Shown: positions 1-11,634 of the stretch, piece by piece | Position numbering within the stretch: position 1 is the first letter of the stretch | How the letters are laid out: the number at the start of each line of letters is the position of its first letter | DNA from: Actinomycetota bacterium | GTDB taxonomy: Bacteria; Actinomycetota; UBA4738; HRBIN12 | Length of the DNA: 64,000 nucleotides | Assembly: GCA_036390995.1 (NCBI GenBank) | Contig: DASWAT010000064.1 | Coordinates: 18,282 to 82,281 of the forward strand | Direction of reading: 5' to 3' | Translations under genes and position numbers: made by a program | Notes under the pieces: model-generated | The model's input: the letters and a program-made list of their open reading frames with translations, nothing else | Database searches by the model: none | What the model was told of the DNA's origin: nothing

Positions 1-9
1 GGCTCGCTC

Positions 10-1329
10 ATGGAACGCGAGGAGGCGCGCTTCCTCGCCGAGCACGCGAGGTCGGGCGAGCTGTTCGAACGCGGCAAGCGGCACCTCCTGGCCGGCGTCC
101 CGATGCCGTGGATGAGCGAGTGGGCGGGCCCCTACCCCGTGTTCGTCGCCGAGGCCGAGGGGGCGCGCTTCACCGACGTCGACGGCCACGAGTACGTGGA
201 CTTCTGCCTCGGCGACACCGGCGCCATGACCGGCCACGCGCCGAAGGAGGCCGTGGCGGCCATCGCGGAACAGGCTGCGAAGGGCATCACGCTCATGCTG
301 CCGTCCGAGGACTCGCTGTGGGTGGGGCAGGAGATGGCCCGTCGGTTCGGCCTGCCGTTCTGGCAGTTCTGCCTCACCGCCACCGACGCGAACCGGTTCA
401 CCCTCCGCCTGGCGCGCGCCATCACCGGCCGGCCGAAGATCCTCGTGTACTCGTGGTGCTACCACGGGTCCGTCGACGAGACGATCGCCGTGGCGGAGGC
501 CGGGACCACGATCGCGCGGCCCGGCAACATCGGACCGGCCGTCGATCCGGCCGTGACGACCCGCGCCGTCGAGTTCAATGACGTCGCGGCGCTCGAGGAG
601 GCCCTGGCGCACGAGGACGTCGCGTGCGTCCTGGCCGAGCCGGCCCTCACGAACATCGGCATCGTGCTGCCCGAGCCCGGCTACCACGACACCCTCCGCG
701 AGCTCACCCGCACGCACGGCACCTACCTCGTGATCGACGAAACCCACACGATCTGCGCCGGCCCCGGCGGCGCCACGAAGGCCTGGGGACTGGAGCCCGA
801 TTTCGTGACGATCGGCAAGCCGCTCGCGAGCGGGGTCCCGGCCGCCTGTTACGGCATGAGCGAGGAGGCGGCCGAGAAGGCGAACGCGTACATGCGGACC
901 CTTCCGACCACCGACGTCGGCGGCGTGGGCGGCACGCTCTCGGGCAACGCGCTGTCGCTGGCCGCGATGCGGGCCACGCTCGAGCACGTCCTCACGGACG
1001 AAGCGTTCGAGCGGATGATCGGGCTCGGGGCGCGCTGGACCGACGGGGTGAAGGCGGCGATCGAGCGGCGCGGGCTCCCGTGGGAGGTGCAGCGCCTGGG
1101 CTGCCGTGCCGAGTACTGGTTCTGCCCTTCGCCACCGCGCACCGGCGGCGAGGCGGCCGAGTCCGACGACCACGAGCTGGCCAGGTTCACGCACCTGTAC
1201 GCGCTGAACCGAGGGATCCTCCTCACGCCGTTCCACAACATGGCGCTGATGTCGCCGGCCACCACGGCCGAGGACGTGGACCGGCACTCGGCCGTCTTCG
1301 ACGAGATGTGCGGGGAGCTGACCGGTTGA
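10..1329 (+). CDS. Class-III (PLP-dependent) aminotransferase, glutamate-1-semialdehyde-aminomutase-like subfamily
   Basis: Full-length ORF with ATG at 10. Class-III aminotransferase fold recognised by eye. Clear paralog of the ORF at 38046..39407 (shared LPSEDSxWV..ARR..LP.WQF blocks). Confidence 0.8.
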   Translation: MEREEARFLAEHARSGELFERGKRHLLAGVPMPWMSEWAGPYPVFVAEAEGARFTDVDGHEYVDFCLGDTGAMTGHAPKEAVAAIAEQAAKGITLMLPSEDSLWVGQEMARRFGLPFWQFCLTATDANRFTLRLARAITGRPKILVYSWCYHGSVDETIAVAEAGTTIARPGNIGPAVDPAVTTRAVEFNDVAALEEALAHEDVACVLAEPALTNIGIVLPEPGYHDTLRELTRTHGTYLVIDETHTICAGPGGATKAWGLEPDFVTIGKPLASGVPAACYGMSEEAAEKANAYMRTLPTTDVGGVGGTLSGNALSLAAMRATLEHVLTDEAFERMIGLGARWTDGVKAAIERRGLPWEVQRLGCRAEYWFCPSPPRTGGEAAESDDHELARFTHLYALNRGILLTPFHNMALMSPATTAEDVDRHSAVFDEMCGELTG

Positions 1330-1431
1330 TGGAGATCGAGGGGTAGACCGTCCCTCCGGCGGCGGTCCGGGCGGCCCGTCGCGGCCGAGGGCGCGACGAG
1401 CAGACTGAGATCGGTCGAGGCGGGAGGCGCG

Positions 1432-1728
1432 ATGGAGGACAAGGAGATCCACTGGCAGGAGATCCGGGTCACCAGCGACCAGCTGGTCGGCACCGTCAAA
1501 CAGCTCGTCCACGAGGGGAACGTCCGCCGGATCATCCTGAAGAACGAGGAAGGTCACACGTTCCTGGAGATCCCGCTCACCGTCGGCGTCGCGGGGGCGA
1601 TCCTGCTGCCGATCTGGGCCGCGCTCGGCGCGATCGCCGCGCTGGTGAGCGGGTTCACGATCGTCGTGGAGAAGGTCGAGCCGGCCGCGGACGAGAACCA
1701 GGACGAGCACTTCGCCCACGCCACCTGA
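1432..1728 (+). CDS. Small DUF4342-like protein with C-terminal hydrophobic segment
   Basis: 98-aa ORF preceded by GGGAGG-like RBS. N-terminal charged region followed by a hydrophobic helix (GVAGAILLPIWAALGAIAALVSG). Confidence 0.55.
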   Translation: MEDKEIHWQEIRVTSDQLVGTVKQLVHEGNVRRIILKNEEGHTFLEIPLTVGVAGAILLPIWAALGAIAALVSGFTIVVEKVEPAADENQDEHFAHAT

Positions 1729-1743
1729 GCCGCGCCGGGCCGT

Positions 1744-2679
1744 TCAGTCGGCGCGCAGGATGAGGACGGCCTTGCCGTCGACGCGCCGGTCGAGCAGCGC
1801 GCGGATGGCCGCAGCCGCGTCGGTCCAGTCCGCTCGGAGCGCGACGTCGATCCGCAGCTCGCCGGAGGCCGCGAGCCCAGCCAGGTATCCGAGCTCGCGG
1901 CTCCCGATCCGGCCGTTCGAGAGCAGCCACGTCACGAAGAACCCCTCGATCCTCGGCGCGCCTTTCCGATAGAGGACCCGCGGGTCCAGCGATGTCGCTT
2001 CGTTCGACGAGTTCCCGAATGACACCAGCAACCCCTCCGGCGCCAGAGCCGAGACACCCGCGGCGAACGACGCGCCGCCGACCGACTCGAGGATCAGGTC
2101 GAAGACCGGCCCTTCCGGCTCGAACCCCACCACCACCTCGTCGGCGCCGAGCTCGGCCAGACCGGCGCCCCGCTCCGGGCGGCCCACGATCGCCGTGACG
2201 TGCGCGCCGGCGCGATGGGCGAGCTGGATGGCGAACCGGCCCACCCCCCCGGCCGCCCCGGTGATCGCCACGCGCGAGCCGAACAGCGACCCCCGCAGGG
2301 CAAGCGTCCCCAGCGCCGTGAGCCCGGCCACCGGGAGCGTCGAGGCGACGTCGAAGCCGAGCTCGCCGGGGATCTCGGCCAGGTGGTCGGTGCGCACCGC
2401 CGCGAGCTCGGCCCACGATCCTCCATCCACCCATCCCACCACGCGGGTGCCGGATGCGGGGCCGCTGCCGTCGGCGGCCTCGCGGACGATCACGCCGGAC
2501 AGGTCCCAGCCGGGCCGCCAGCCGTCCGCAGCCGCGCCGAGCGCCGAGCACTCGCCCCGGTTCAGAGAGACGGCGCGGACCTCCACGACCGCCTCGTCCT
2601 GGTGAGGCTCCGGCTCGGGCACGTCGCGGAGCTCGATGCCGCTCTCCGCCGCGGGCGAGGCAACCAGCGCACGCATCAT
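1744..2679 (-). CDS. Zinc-binding/MDR-family NAD(P)H quinone oxidoreductase
   Basis: 311-aa ORF. Rossmann motif AITGAAGGVGRFAIQLA. Medium-chain dehydrogenase/reductase architecture. Confidence 0.75.
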   Translation of the reverse strand: MMRALVASPAAESGIELRDVPEPEPHQDEAVVEVRAVSLNRGECSALGAAADGWRPGWDLSGVIVREAADGSGPASGTRVVGWVDGGSWAELAAVRTDHLAEIPGELGFDVASTLPVAGLTALGTLALRGSLFGSRVAITGAAGGVGRFAIQLAHRAGAHVTAIVGRPERGAGLAELGADEVVVGFEPEGPVFDLILESVGGASFAAGVSALAPEGLLVSFGNSSNEATSLDPRVLYRKGAPRIEGFFVTWLLSNGRIGSRELGYLAGLAASGELRIDVALRADWTDAAAAIRALLDRRVDGKAVLILRAD

Positions 2680-2705
2680 GACTCCACTCTAGAGGGAGGC
2701 GAAAC

Positions 2706-3554
2706 TCACGTGGCCTCGATCGACCCGATGTCATCCGCCGACAGCCGGATCTGCGCCGCGGCCAGGTTCTCCTCGAGATGCGAGACACGGGAAGTGCCGG
2801 GGATCGGCAGCATCACCGACGAGCGCGCCAGCAGCCAGGCCAGAGCCACCTGCGCCGGCGTCGCGCCGTGTGCCTGCGCCACGCGGTCGAGCGCGGTGCC
2901 GGGGCGGGCGAGCTTGCCGACGTCGAGCGGGGACCACGGGAGGAACGCGATCTCCTCGGCCTCGCAGACGTCGAGGACCCCGTCGGAACGCCGGTTCCGC
3001 AGGTTGTACAGGTTCTGGACGCTCGCCACCGGGAAGAACCGCTGGGCCAGTCGGAGCTGCTCGACGGTCACCTCGGACAGACCGATGTGGCGGATCTTCC
3101 CTTCGTCCTGCAGCTCGCGGACGGTTGCGAGCTGGTCCTCGGCAGGGACCTTCGGATCGATCCGGTGGAGTTGGTACAGGTCGATCCGGTCCAGGCGAAG
3201 GCGCTTCAACGAGCCCTCGCACGCCTCGCGGAGGTACTCGGGGCGGCCGTCCTCCTCCCAGCGGTCGGGGCCGGGGCGCTGGAACCCCCCCTTCGTCGCG
3301 ATCACGAGGTCCGCCGGGTAGGGGTGCAACGCCTCGGCGATGAGCTCCTCGCTCACGTCCGGGCCGTAGGAGTCGGCGGTGTCGATCAGGTTCACGCCGA
3401 GCTCGACCGCCCGCCGGAGGACCCGGATGCTCTCGACGCGATCCTTCGGCGGACCCCAGATCCCCTTGCCGGTGACGCGCATGGCCCCGAACCCGAGCCG
3501 GTTGACCGTGAGCTCCCCGCCCATCGCGAACGAACCCGACGCGGACGCGTGCAT
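2706..3554 (-). CDS. Aldo/keto reductase
   Basis: 282-aa ORF with AKR hallmarks ([22 protein letters not shown]). Confidence 0.85.
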   Translation of the reverse strand: MHASASGSFAMGGELTVNRLGFGAMRVTGKGIWGPPKDRVESIRVLRRAVELGVNLIDTADSYGPDVSEELIAEALHPYPADLVIATKGGFQRPGPDRWEEDGRPEYLREACEGSLKRLRLDRIDLYQLHRIDPKVPAEDQLATVRELQDEGKIRHIGLSEVTVEQLRLAQRFFPVASVQNLYNLRNRRSDGVLDVCEAEEIAFLPWSPLDVGKLARPGTALDRVAQAHGATPAQVALAWLLARSSVMLPIPGTSRVSHLEENLAAAQIRLSADDIGSIEAT

Positions 3555-3604
3555 GCGGCTCCTTCCTTCGCGGACGGCTCTACCGTGCCCGTTGCTGCTC
3601 CGGC

Positions 3605-5950
<2,346 letters not shown>

Positions 5951-6150
5951 GTCGTTTCCTTCTCTTCTCGCGCTTCCGGAAGCCGCGGATGCGGCCTCGC
6001 ACCTGCAACAACGGGAGCGCCGTCGTGCCTATTCCGGAATTGTAAGTGCGATTACATGAAGTTCGGGCGCCGCCCGGACCGGTGCGAGGCGGCTGCGAAG
6101 GGCAGGAAACCGGAAGCCCGGCAGGGGGTCCCTGCATCTATCCTGACCAC

Positions 6151-7107
6151 ATGAGCGAGCCCGGGGTTGCGCGGGCGTTCTTCGGATCCCTCGCCGAGCG
6201 GATCGACGAACGGCTGTTCGGCGTCCGGGAGCCGCTCAGGCTCATCCTGGTGGGGATCGTCACCGGCTCGCACGTCCTCATCGACGACGTCCCCGGCACC
6301 GGGAAGACCACCCTGGTTCGGATGCTGTCCGCCCTCATGGGACTCTCGTTCCAGCGGGTCCAGTTCACGCCGGACCTCATGCCCACCGACATCACCGGCA
6401 CGTCGATCCTGAACCTGAAGACGCAGGAGTTCGAGTTCCGACCGGGACCCGTCTTCACGCAGGTCCTGCTGGCCGACGAGATCAACCGCGCCACCCCGAA
6501 GACCCAGGCGGCCTTGCTCGAGGCGATGCAGGAGCGACAGGTCACGGTGGACGGCGCCACCCATCCGCTGCCCCAGCCGTTCTTCGTCCTGGCCACGCAG
6601 AACCCGGTGGAGCTGGAGGGGACGTTCCCGCTGCCAGAGGCCCAGCTGGACCGGTTCCTGCTGCGGGTGAAGCTCGGGTACCCGGGCGAGCGGGACGAGG
6701 AACGGATCCTCACCACGCCTCCGGAGCAGCGGATGCTCCCCGACCGGCCGCTGCCCGACGTGCCGGACCTCCTCACCCTGGCGAAGGTCGTGGGCACGGT
6801 GCGGATGGAGCACGAGGTGCGCACGTACGTCATCGCGCTGGCCAGGGCCACCCGCGACCACCCGGAGCTCGCGGTCGGCGTGAGCCCCCGGGCCGTGGAG
6901 CAGATGGGCGACGCCGCCCGGGCCTTGGCCCTGCTCGACGGCCGGGAGTACGTCCTGCCCGACGACGTGAAGCAGCTTGCGCCGCCCGTGTTCGGCCACC
7001 GGCTGGTCCTCACCACCGACGCCCGGATCCGCGACCGCCAGCCCGAGGAGGTGCTGGCCGAGGTCCTCCGCTCGGTCCCGGTGCCCACGGAGTACCGGGA
7101 GGACTGA
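6151..7107 (+). CDS. MoxR-family AAA+ ATPase
   Basis: Start at ATG 6151 (MSEPGVARAF...). Walker A GTGKTT. Motifs LLADEINRATPKTQAALLEAMQE and FFVLATQNP. First gene of a three-gene operon. Confidence 0.85.
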   Translation: MSEPGVARAFFGSLAERIDERLFGVREPLRLILVGIVTGSHVLIDDVPGTGKTTLVRMLSALMGLSFQRVQFTPDLMPTDITGTSILNLKTQEFEFRPGPVFTQVLLADEINRATPKTQAALLEAMQERQVTVDGATHPLPQPFFVLATQNPVELEGTFPLPEAQLDRFLLRVKLGYPGERDEERILTTPPEQRMLPDRPLPDVPDLLTLAKVVGTVRMEHEVRTYVIALARATRDHPELAVGVSPRAVEQMGDAARALALLDGREYVLPDDVKQLAPPVFGHRLVLTTDARIRDRQPEEVLAEVLRSVPVPTEYRED

Positions 7108-7108
7108 C

Positions 7109-8269
7109 ACGGACACGGCGGACCGGCGCGGGATCGCGCTGTCGGTCGCGATCGTCCTCGCGCTCGCCGCCACGGCCTGGGGCGAGCTCACCGTCCTGCT
7201 GTGGGCGGCGGCCGTCGGGGGCCTGGCCACCGCGCTGTCGCTGTGGGCCCGCGCGGCATGGAACCGCGTGGAGGTCGAGGTTGCCTTCGAACCGACTCGA
7301 GCGTTCCTCGGCGAGGACGTGTGGCTGCGCGTGTGGATCCGAAACGGCAAGCGGCTGCCCCTGCCGATCGTCCGCGTGGTGGCGAGGTTCCCGCCCGGCC
7401 TGCTGCAGGAGCCCTCACCGGACCCGACGGCGCTCCGGGGCCACCGGCGCCGGATGTCGATCGCCGGGCGCACCGACGTCACCCTCCGGCTCCCCGTGGT
7501 CACCACCGAGCGCGGCGAGTTCTGGCTGGAGGGAGTGGAGATCGAGCTGTCCGACCCGTTCGACCTCACCCCCGTGGGGCAGGAGGTCTTCCCCGACCGG
7601 CCCCTGCTGGTCATGCCGGAGCCGCGGGTCCTGGTCCCGCTGACGCTCCGGCGGCGACTGCCGTTCGGCCGGCCGGCCCCCGCGGCTCGGCTTTTCGAGG
7701 ACCGAGAGCACTTCGCCGGGGTCCGCACGTACGAGCCCGGGGACCCGATGCACCACGTCCACTGGAAGCTCACCGCGCACGCCGGCGAGCTGCTCACGAA
7801 GCGGTACGAGCCCACCCGTTCCGCCGAGGTCCTCTTCGCGGTCGACGTCGCGCACGGCGAGCCCTTCTGGTACGCGGTGGACCCGCCGACCGCCGAGGAG
7901 ACGATCGGGTGGACCAGCTTCCTGGCCCGGCAGGCCATCGCGGCGGGGTGGCGGATCGGCCTGGTGGCGAACACGCACCTGAAGCGGGGGCGCGGTCCGC
8001 TCCGCGTCCGGGCCTCGTCCGCGCGGGGGCACGAGGCCGCCCTGTTCGCGGCGCTCGCCCGGATGCCGAACCAGCCCACGAACGACCTCGGGCCGGTCCT
8101 GCGCGAGGTCGGGCGCCACCTGCCCGGGCGGACCACGATCGTGGTCGTCTCCCCCCGGCCGGGGCCGGCCCTGCAGCACGAGATGGAAGTCCTGCGCCGC
8201 AAGGGATCCGAGGTCGTGCTCCTGTCGCCTCCCGGCCGCGAGTGGCCCGAGCCGGAGAGCGTCCGGTGA
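7109..8269 (+). CDS. DUF58 domain protein (MoxR partner); start codon unresolved
   Basis: Frame continuous from 6977. N-terminal two TM helices, then RVWIRNGKRLPLP and FAGVRTYEPGDPMHHVHWK motifs typical of DUF58. No canonical in-frame start between the MoxR stop (7105-7107) and the TM region, so the start is approximate. Ends with TGA inside GTGA overlapping the next gene. Confidence 0.7.
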   Translation, partial: TDTADRRGIALSVAIVLALAATAWGELTVLLWAAAVGGLATALSLWARAAWNRVEVEVAFEPTRAFLGEDVWLRVWIRNGKRLPLPIVRVVARFPPGLLQEPSPDPTALRGHRRRMSIAGRTDVTLRLPVVTTERGEFWLEGVEIELSDPFDLTPVGQEVFPDRPLLVMPEPRVLVPLTLRRRLPFGRPAPAARLFEDREHFAGVRTYEPGDPMHHVHWKLTAHAGELLTKRYEPTRSAEVLFAVDVAHGEPFWYAVDPPTAEETIGWTSFLARQAIAAGWRIGLVANTHLKRGRGPLRVRASSARGHEAALFAALARMPNQPTNDLGPVLREVGRHLPGRTTIVVVSPRPGPALQHEMEVLRRKGSEVVLLSPPGREWPEPESVR

Positions 8270-9570
8270 TCCGCGCCCGGTCCGTTCCCCGCCCCACCAC
8301 GCGAGAGCTCCGCGCCTGCGGGCTCGCGGCCCTCGCCGAGGCCGGCCTCATCTACCTACCGGCCCACATGATCATGAGCCAGGCAGGCAACCTCGGGGTG
8401 AGCGTGAACGCGCTCGCCTTGCCCTTCGTCGTGCTGTTCGTCGGGGGAGCCCTGCTCGTCTGCCTGTTGCGGGATCGCCCGGGCGTGCCGACCGGCGCCG
8501 GCCTGGTCGCGGTGGCGCTCGGCCTGTACCTGGGCCGGGGCGACGTGAACCGAGAGGTGTTCGCCGTGGCCGTGACGCTGCTCGTGGCGATCCGGGTGGT
8601 CACGCTCGGCCTGCGGGACTGGCGGGAGCCGATCTTCGCGTCGATCGGATGGGGCGCTGCGGCCCTGGCGGTGGAGGTGGTCGTCTCGACCGGGCCCCAG
8701 CAGAACTGGAAGCCGCTCCTCGTGCTCTTCGTCCCGGTCTTCTTCCTCGCCTCGCTGGCCAGCCGGGCCACGATCGTGTGGACCGCGGACCTGTCCGGGG
8801 CGCTGTCCGAGGAGACCCGAGCGGGATGGGTCCGGCGCGCGCTCCTGCTGATCGGCGCGCTGGCCGGGGCGATGGTGGCGGCGGCGGCCTTGGGGATCCG
8901 GGGCGGCGTCCTGGACCGCCTGGGCGGCCTCATCACGCCCGTCGCGAACGCCGTTGCCTATGCCCTGGCGTTCGTGATGGCCCAGCTGGCCCGGCCGGTC
9001 TTCTGGCTGATCGACCGCCTGAACGTGGACCCGGAGAAGGTCCGGAGCTTCTTCGACCGTCTCCAGGAGCGGACGACGAACATCCGGCACTCCCCCCAGC
9101 CCTCGGGCCCTTCGCTCGTGCAGCGGATCCTCGGCCTCGTGGCGTTCGCGGCCATCGTGTGGCTGCTGGTCGCGGTGATCCGCAGGCTCCGCGCGAACGT
9201 TCAAGAGTACGACTCCGTGCGAGCGCAGCTCGGGACGGTGAGCAGCGCGCCGATCCCGAGCGAGGAGGCGCCGCCGGGGCGCAGGAAGCCGTTCCGTCAC
9301 GAGCCGCCCGCGGACGTCGTGCGCCGCTGGTACGCGGAGACGCTCACGCTCCTGCACGGCAGGGACGTCGACAAGGAGCCGGCCCTCACGCCGGCCGAGT
9401 TCGTGCCGGAGGTGGCGGCCGCCTTCCCCGCGTGTGCGACGAGCTTCGAGGCTCTCACCCACGCCTACGAGGACGTCCGCTACGGCCACCGCACGATCCC
9501 GCGTCCGGACCTGGCGCGAGTGGAGGCCCACCACCGCGAGGTGGTGCGCATCGTGAGTGCGAAGGAGTAG
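8266..9570 (+). CDS. Polytopic membrane protein with C-terminal DUF4129-like domain, without a transglutaminase core
   Basis: GTG at 8266 in frame, overlapping DUF58 TGA (GTGA). About 8 hydrophobic segments. C-terminal RRWYAETLTLLHGRDVDKEPALTPAEF resembles the DUF4129 tail of MoxR-operon transglutaminase-like proteins. No Cys-His-Asp TGase core seen. Confidence 0.6.
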   Translation: MIRARSVPRPTTRELRACGLAALAEAGLIYLPAHMIMSQAGNLGVSVNALALPFVVLFVGGALLVCLLRDRPGVPTGAGLVAVALGLYLGRGDVNREVFAVAVTLLVAIRVVTLGLRDWREPIFASIGWGAAALAVEVVVSTGPQQNWKPLLVLFVPVFFLASLASRATIVWTADLSGALSEETRAGWVRRALLLIGALAGAMVAAAALGIRGGVLDRLGGLITPVANAVAYALAFVMAQLARPVFWLIDRLNVDPEKVRSFFDRLQERTTNIRHSPQPSGPSLVQRILGLVAFAAIVWLLVAVIRRLRANVQEYDSVRAQLGTVSSAPIPSEEAPPGRRKPFRHEPPADVVRRWYAETLTLLHGRDVDKEPALTPAEFVPEVAAAFPACATSFEALTHAYEDVRYGHRTIPRPDLARVEAHHREVVRIVSAKE

Positions 9571-9637
9571 TTCGCCGCGAGGGCAAGGGCCGGGTAGCAT
9601 GCCCGGACGGGCGCCGCCGGGCACGAGGGGAGAGACG

Positions 9638-10636
9638 ATGACCGACTCGGCGATCGAGGCCGAGGGGATCCGCAAGAGCTTCGGGACGGTCCGCGCGCTC
9701 GACGGCGTGGACCTGCGCGTCGAGCGCGGTACGGTCCTCGGCCTGCTCGGACCGAACGGCGCCGGCAAGACCACGATGGTGCGGATCCTCACGACCCTGC
9801 TCCGCCCGGACGAGGGCCAAGCCACGGTCGTCGGGCACGACGTCGTGCGCGACGCCGAGGCCCTCCGACACCAGATCGGGCTGGCCGGCCAGTCGGCGGC
9901 GATCGACGAGAACCTGACCGGGCTCGAGAACATCGAGATGGTGGGCCGCCTCTACCACCTGCCCGCCGCGGAGGCCCGGCGGCGCGCCGAGCAGCTGCTC
10001 GACCGATTCGAGCTCACAGGGGCGGCGAACCGCACGGCGAAGACCTACTCGGGCGGGATGCGCCGGCGCCTCGACCTCGGGGCCAGCCTGGTCGGTCGTC
10101 CCCAGGTCCTGTTCCTGGACGAGCCCACCACCGGGTTGGACCCCCGCAGCCGCATCGGCATGTGGGACGTCATCCGCGAGCTGGTCCACGACGGCACCAC
10201 GCTGCTACTGACCACCCAGTACCTGGAGGAGGCGGATCGTCTGGCCGACGTCATCGTCGTGATCGACGGCGGCAAGGTGATCGCGGAGGGAACCGCGGAC
10301 GAGCTCAAGACGCGGGTGGGGGGCGAGGTCCTGGCCCTCCGCGTCGCGGATCGGTCGCGCACGGCGGAGGCGGCCGGCCAGGTGCTCGGCCTCGGGCCCG
10401 GAGGCGGCCAGGTGGACAACAACACCGGCGAGATCACGGTCCCCGTGGGAGCGGATGGACCGGGCGTGCTGACGGAGGCCGTTCGGCGGCTGGACGCCGC
10501 CGGCATCCGGCTGGCCGACATCGGCCTTCGCCGGCCGACGCTCGACGACGTGTTCCTGGCCCTCACCGGCCACGTCGCCGAGGATCAGGCCGAGCCAGAG
10601 GCGGCCGCCGGCCGGCGGGGACGGAGGGGACGATGA
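9638..10636 (+). CDS. ABC transporter ATP-binding protein (DrrA-like)
   Basis: ATG at 9638 after a GAGGGGAGAG RBS. Walker A GPNGAGKTT. Signature YSGGMRRRL. Walker B LFLDEPTTGLD. Confidence 0.85.
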   Translation: MTDSAIEAEGIRKSFGTVRALDGVDLRVERGTVLGLLGPNGAGKTTMVRILTTLLRPDEGQATVVGHDVVRDAEALRHQIGLAGQSAAIDENLTGLENIEMVGRLYHLPAAEARRRAEQLLDRFELTGAANRTAKTYSGGMRRRLDLGASLVGRPQVLFLDEPTTGLDPRSRIGMWDVIRELVHDGTTLLLTTQYLEEADRLADVIVVIDGGKVIAEGTADELKTRVGGEVLALRVADRSRTAEAAGQVLGLGPGGGQVDNNTGEITVPVGADGPGVLTEAVRRLDAAGIRLADIGLRRPTLDDVFLALTGHVAEDQAEPEAAAGRRGRRGR

Positions 10637-11484
10637 GCACGACGACCACCAGGACAGCGGCGCCGCTGAAGGGCAGGCTGCGCTACGCCGTCGCCGACGG
10701 CTACACGCTCACGAAGCGCAACCTGCTGACGTACATCCGCAAACCCGACCTGCTGGTGTTCTCCACGATCCAGCCGGTGATGTTCGTGCTGCTGTTCGTC
10801 TACGTGTTCGGCGGCGCGCTGAAGCGCACGCTGCCGCCCACGATCCCGTACGTGGACTTCCTGATGCCGGGCATCTTCATCCAGACCGCCATCTTCAGCG
10901 CGCTGCAGACGGGCGTCGGCCTGGCCGAGGACCTGCAGAAGGGGCTCGTCGACCGGTTCAAGTCGCTGCCGATGGCGCGCTCGGCGGTGCTTGCCGGCCG
11001 AACCCTGGCCGACACCTTCGCGATCGTGTTCCAGGTCGTGCTCATGCTGATCGTGGCCTGGCTGGTGGGCTTCCGCTTCCACGAGGGCTTGGCCGAAGCG
11101 CTGCTGGCGTTCGCCGGGGCCGTCTCGGTGGGCTACGCGTTCACGTGGATCGCGGCGTTCGCCGGCCTGTCGCTGAAGAGCGTCGAGGCCGTCCAGGCGG
11201 CCAGCTTCACGATCGTGTTCCCGTTCGTGTTCGCCAGCTCGGCTTTCGTCCCCTCCTCGACGTTCCCCGGGTGGCTCCAGGCCTGGGCGAACGTGAACCC
11301 CGTCACGATCTGGGTCGAGACGTTCCGCGTGCTCACGCTCGGTGACCTGTACACGGCCTACCGCATCGCGCAGAACGATGCGCTCGCCTCGCTGGGCACC
11401 TTGCTGTGGCAGTCGACGGCGTGGTTCCTGGGGATCCTGGCCGTGGCCGTGCCGCTCGGGGTCCGGGTCTACCGGCGGACCTGA
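10633..11484 (+). CDS. ABC-2 type exporter permease (DrrB-like)
   Basis: ATG at 10633 overlaps upstream TGA (ATGA). Six hydrophobic segments. ABC-2 family pattern. Confidence 0.8.
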   Translation: MSTTTTRTAAPLKGRLRYAVADGYTLTKRNLLTYIRKPDLLVFSTIQPVMFVLLFVYVFGGALKRTLPPTIPYVDFLMPGIFIQTAIFSALQTGVGLAEDLQKGLVDRFKSLPMARSAVLAGRTLADTFAIVFQVVLMLIVAWLVGFRFHEGLAEALLAFAGAVSVGYAFTWIAAFAGLSLKSVEAVQAASFTIVFPFVFASSAFVPSSTFPGWLQAWANVNPVTIWVETFRVLTLGDLYTAYRIAQNDALASLGTLLWQSTAWFLGILAVAVPLGVRVYRRT

Positions 11485-11634
11485 CGCACCGGCTCCTGCA
11501 CGTCCGAGGGTCGGCTCGACATGCCCGGGCGCGGGAACATCCGGTGCCGCCCGGGTGGTTGTCACCCAGCGAACGTATCCTGGGAAGCTCATCGGGCCCG
11601 ATCCGGACCCAGACCAGAGGAGAAGGAGCCCGCC

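Noticed and set aside
6977-7108. ATG at 6977 as the DUF58 start (131-nt overlap with MoxR)
   Set aside because: The encoded 44 residues (MRRPCSATGWSSPPTPGS...) look like out-of-frame noise. The true start is probably a non-canonical codon near 7109-7140. Left as approximate.
6052-8202. 716-aa minus-strand ORF
   Set aside because: It is antisense to the MoxR and DUF58 genes. The peptide is Ser/Arg/Thr-rich junk.
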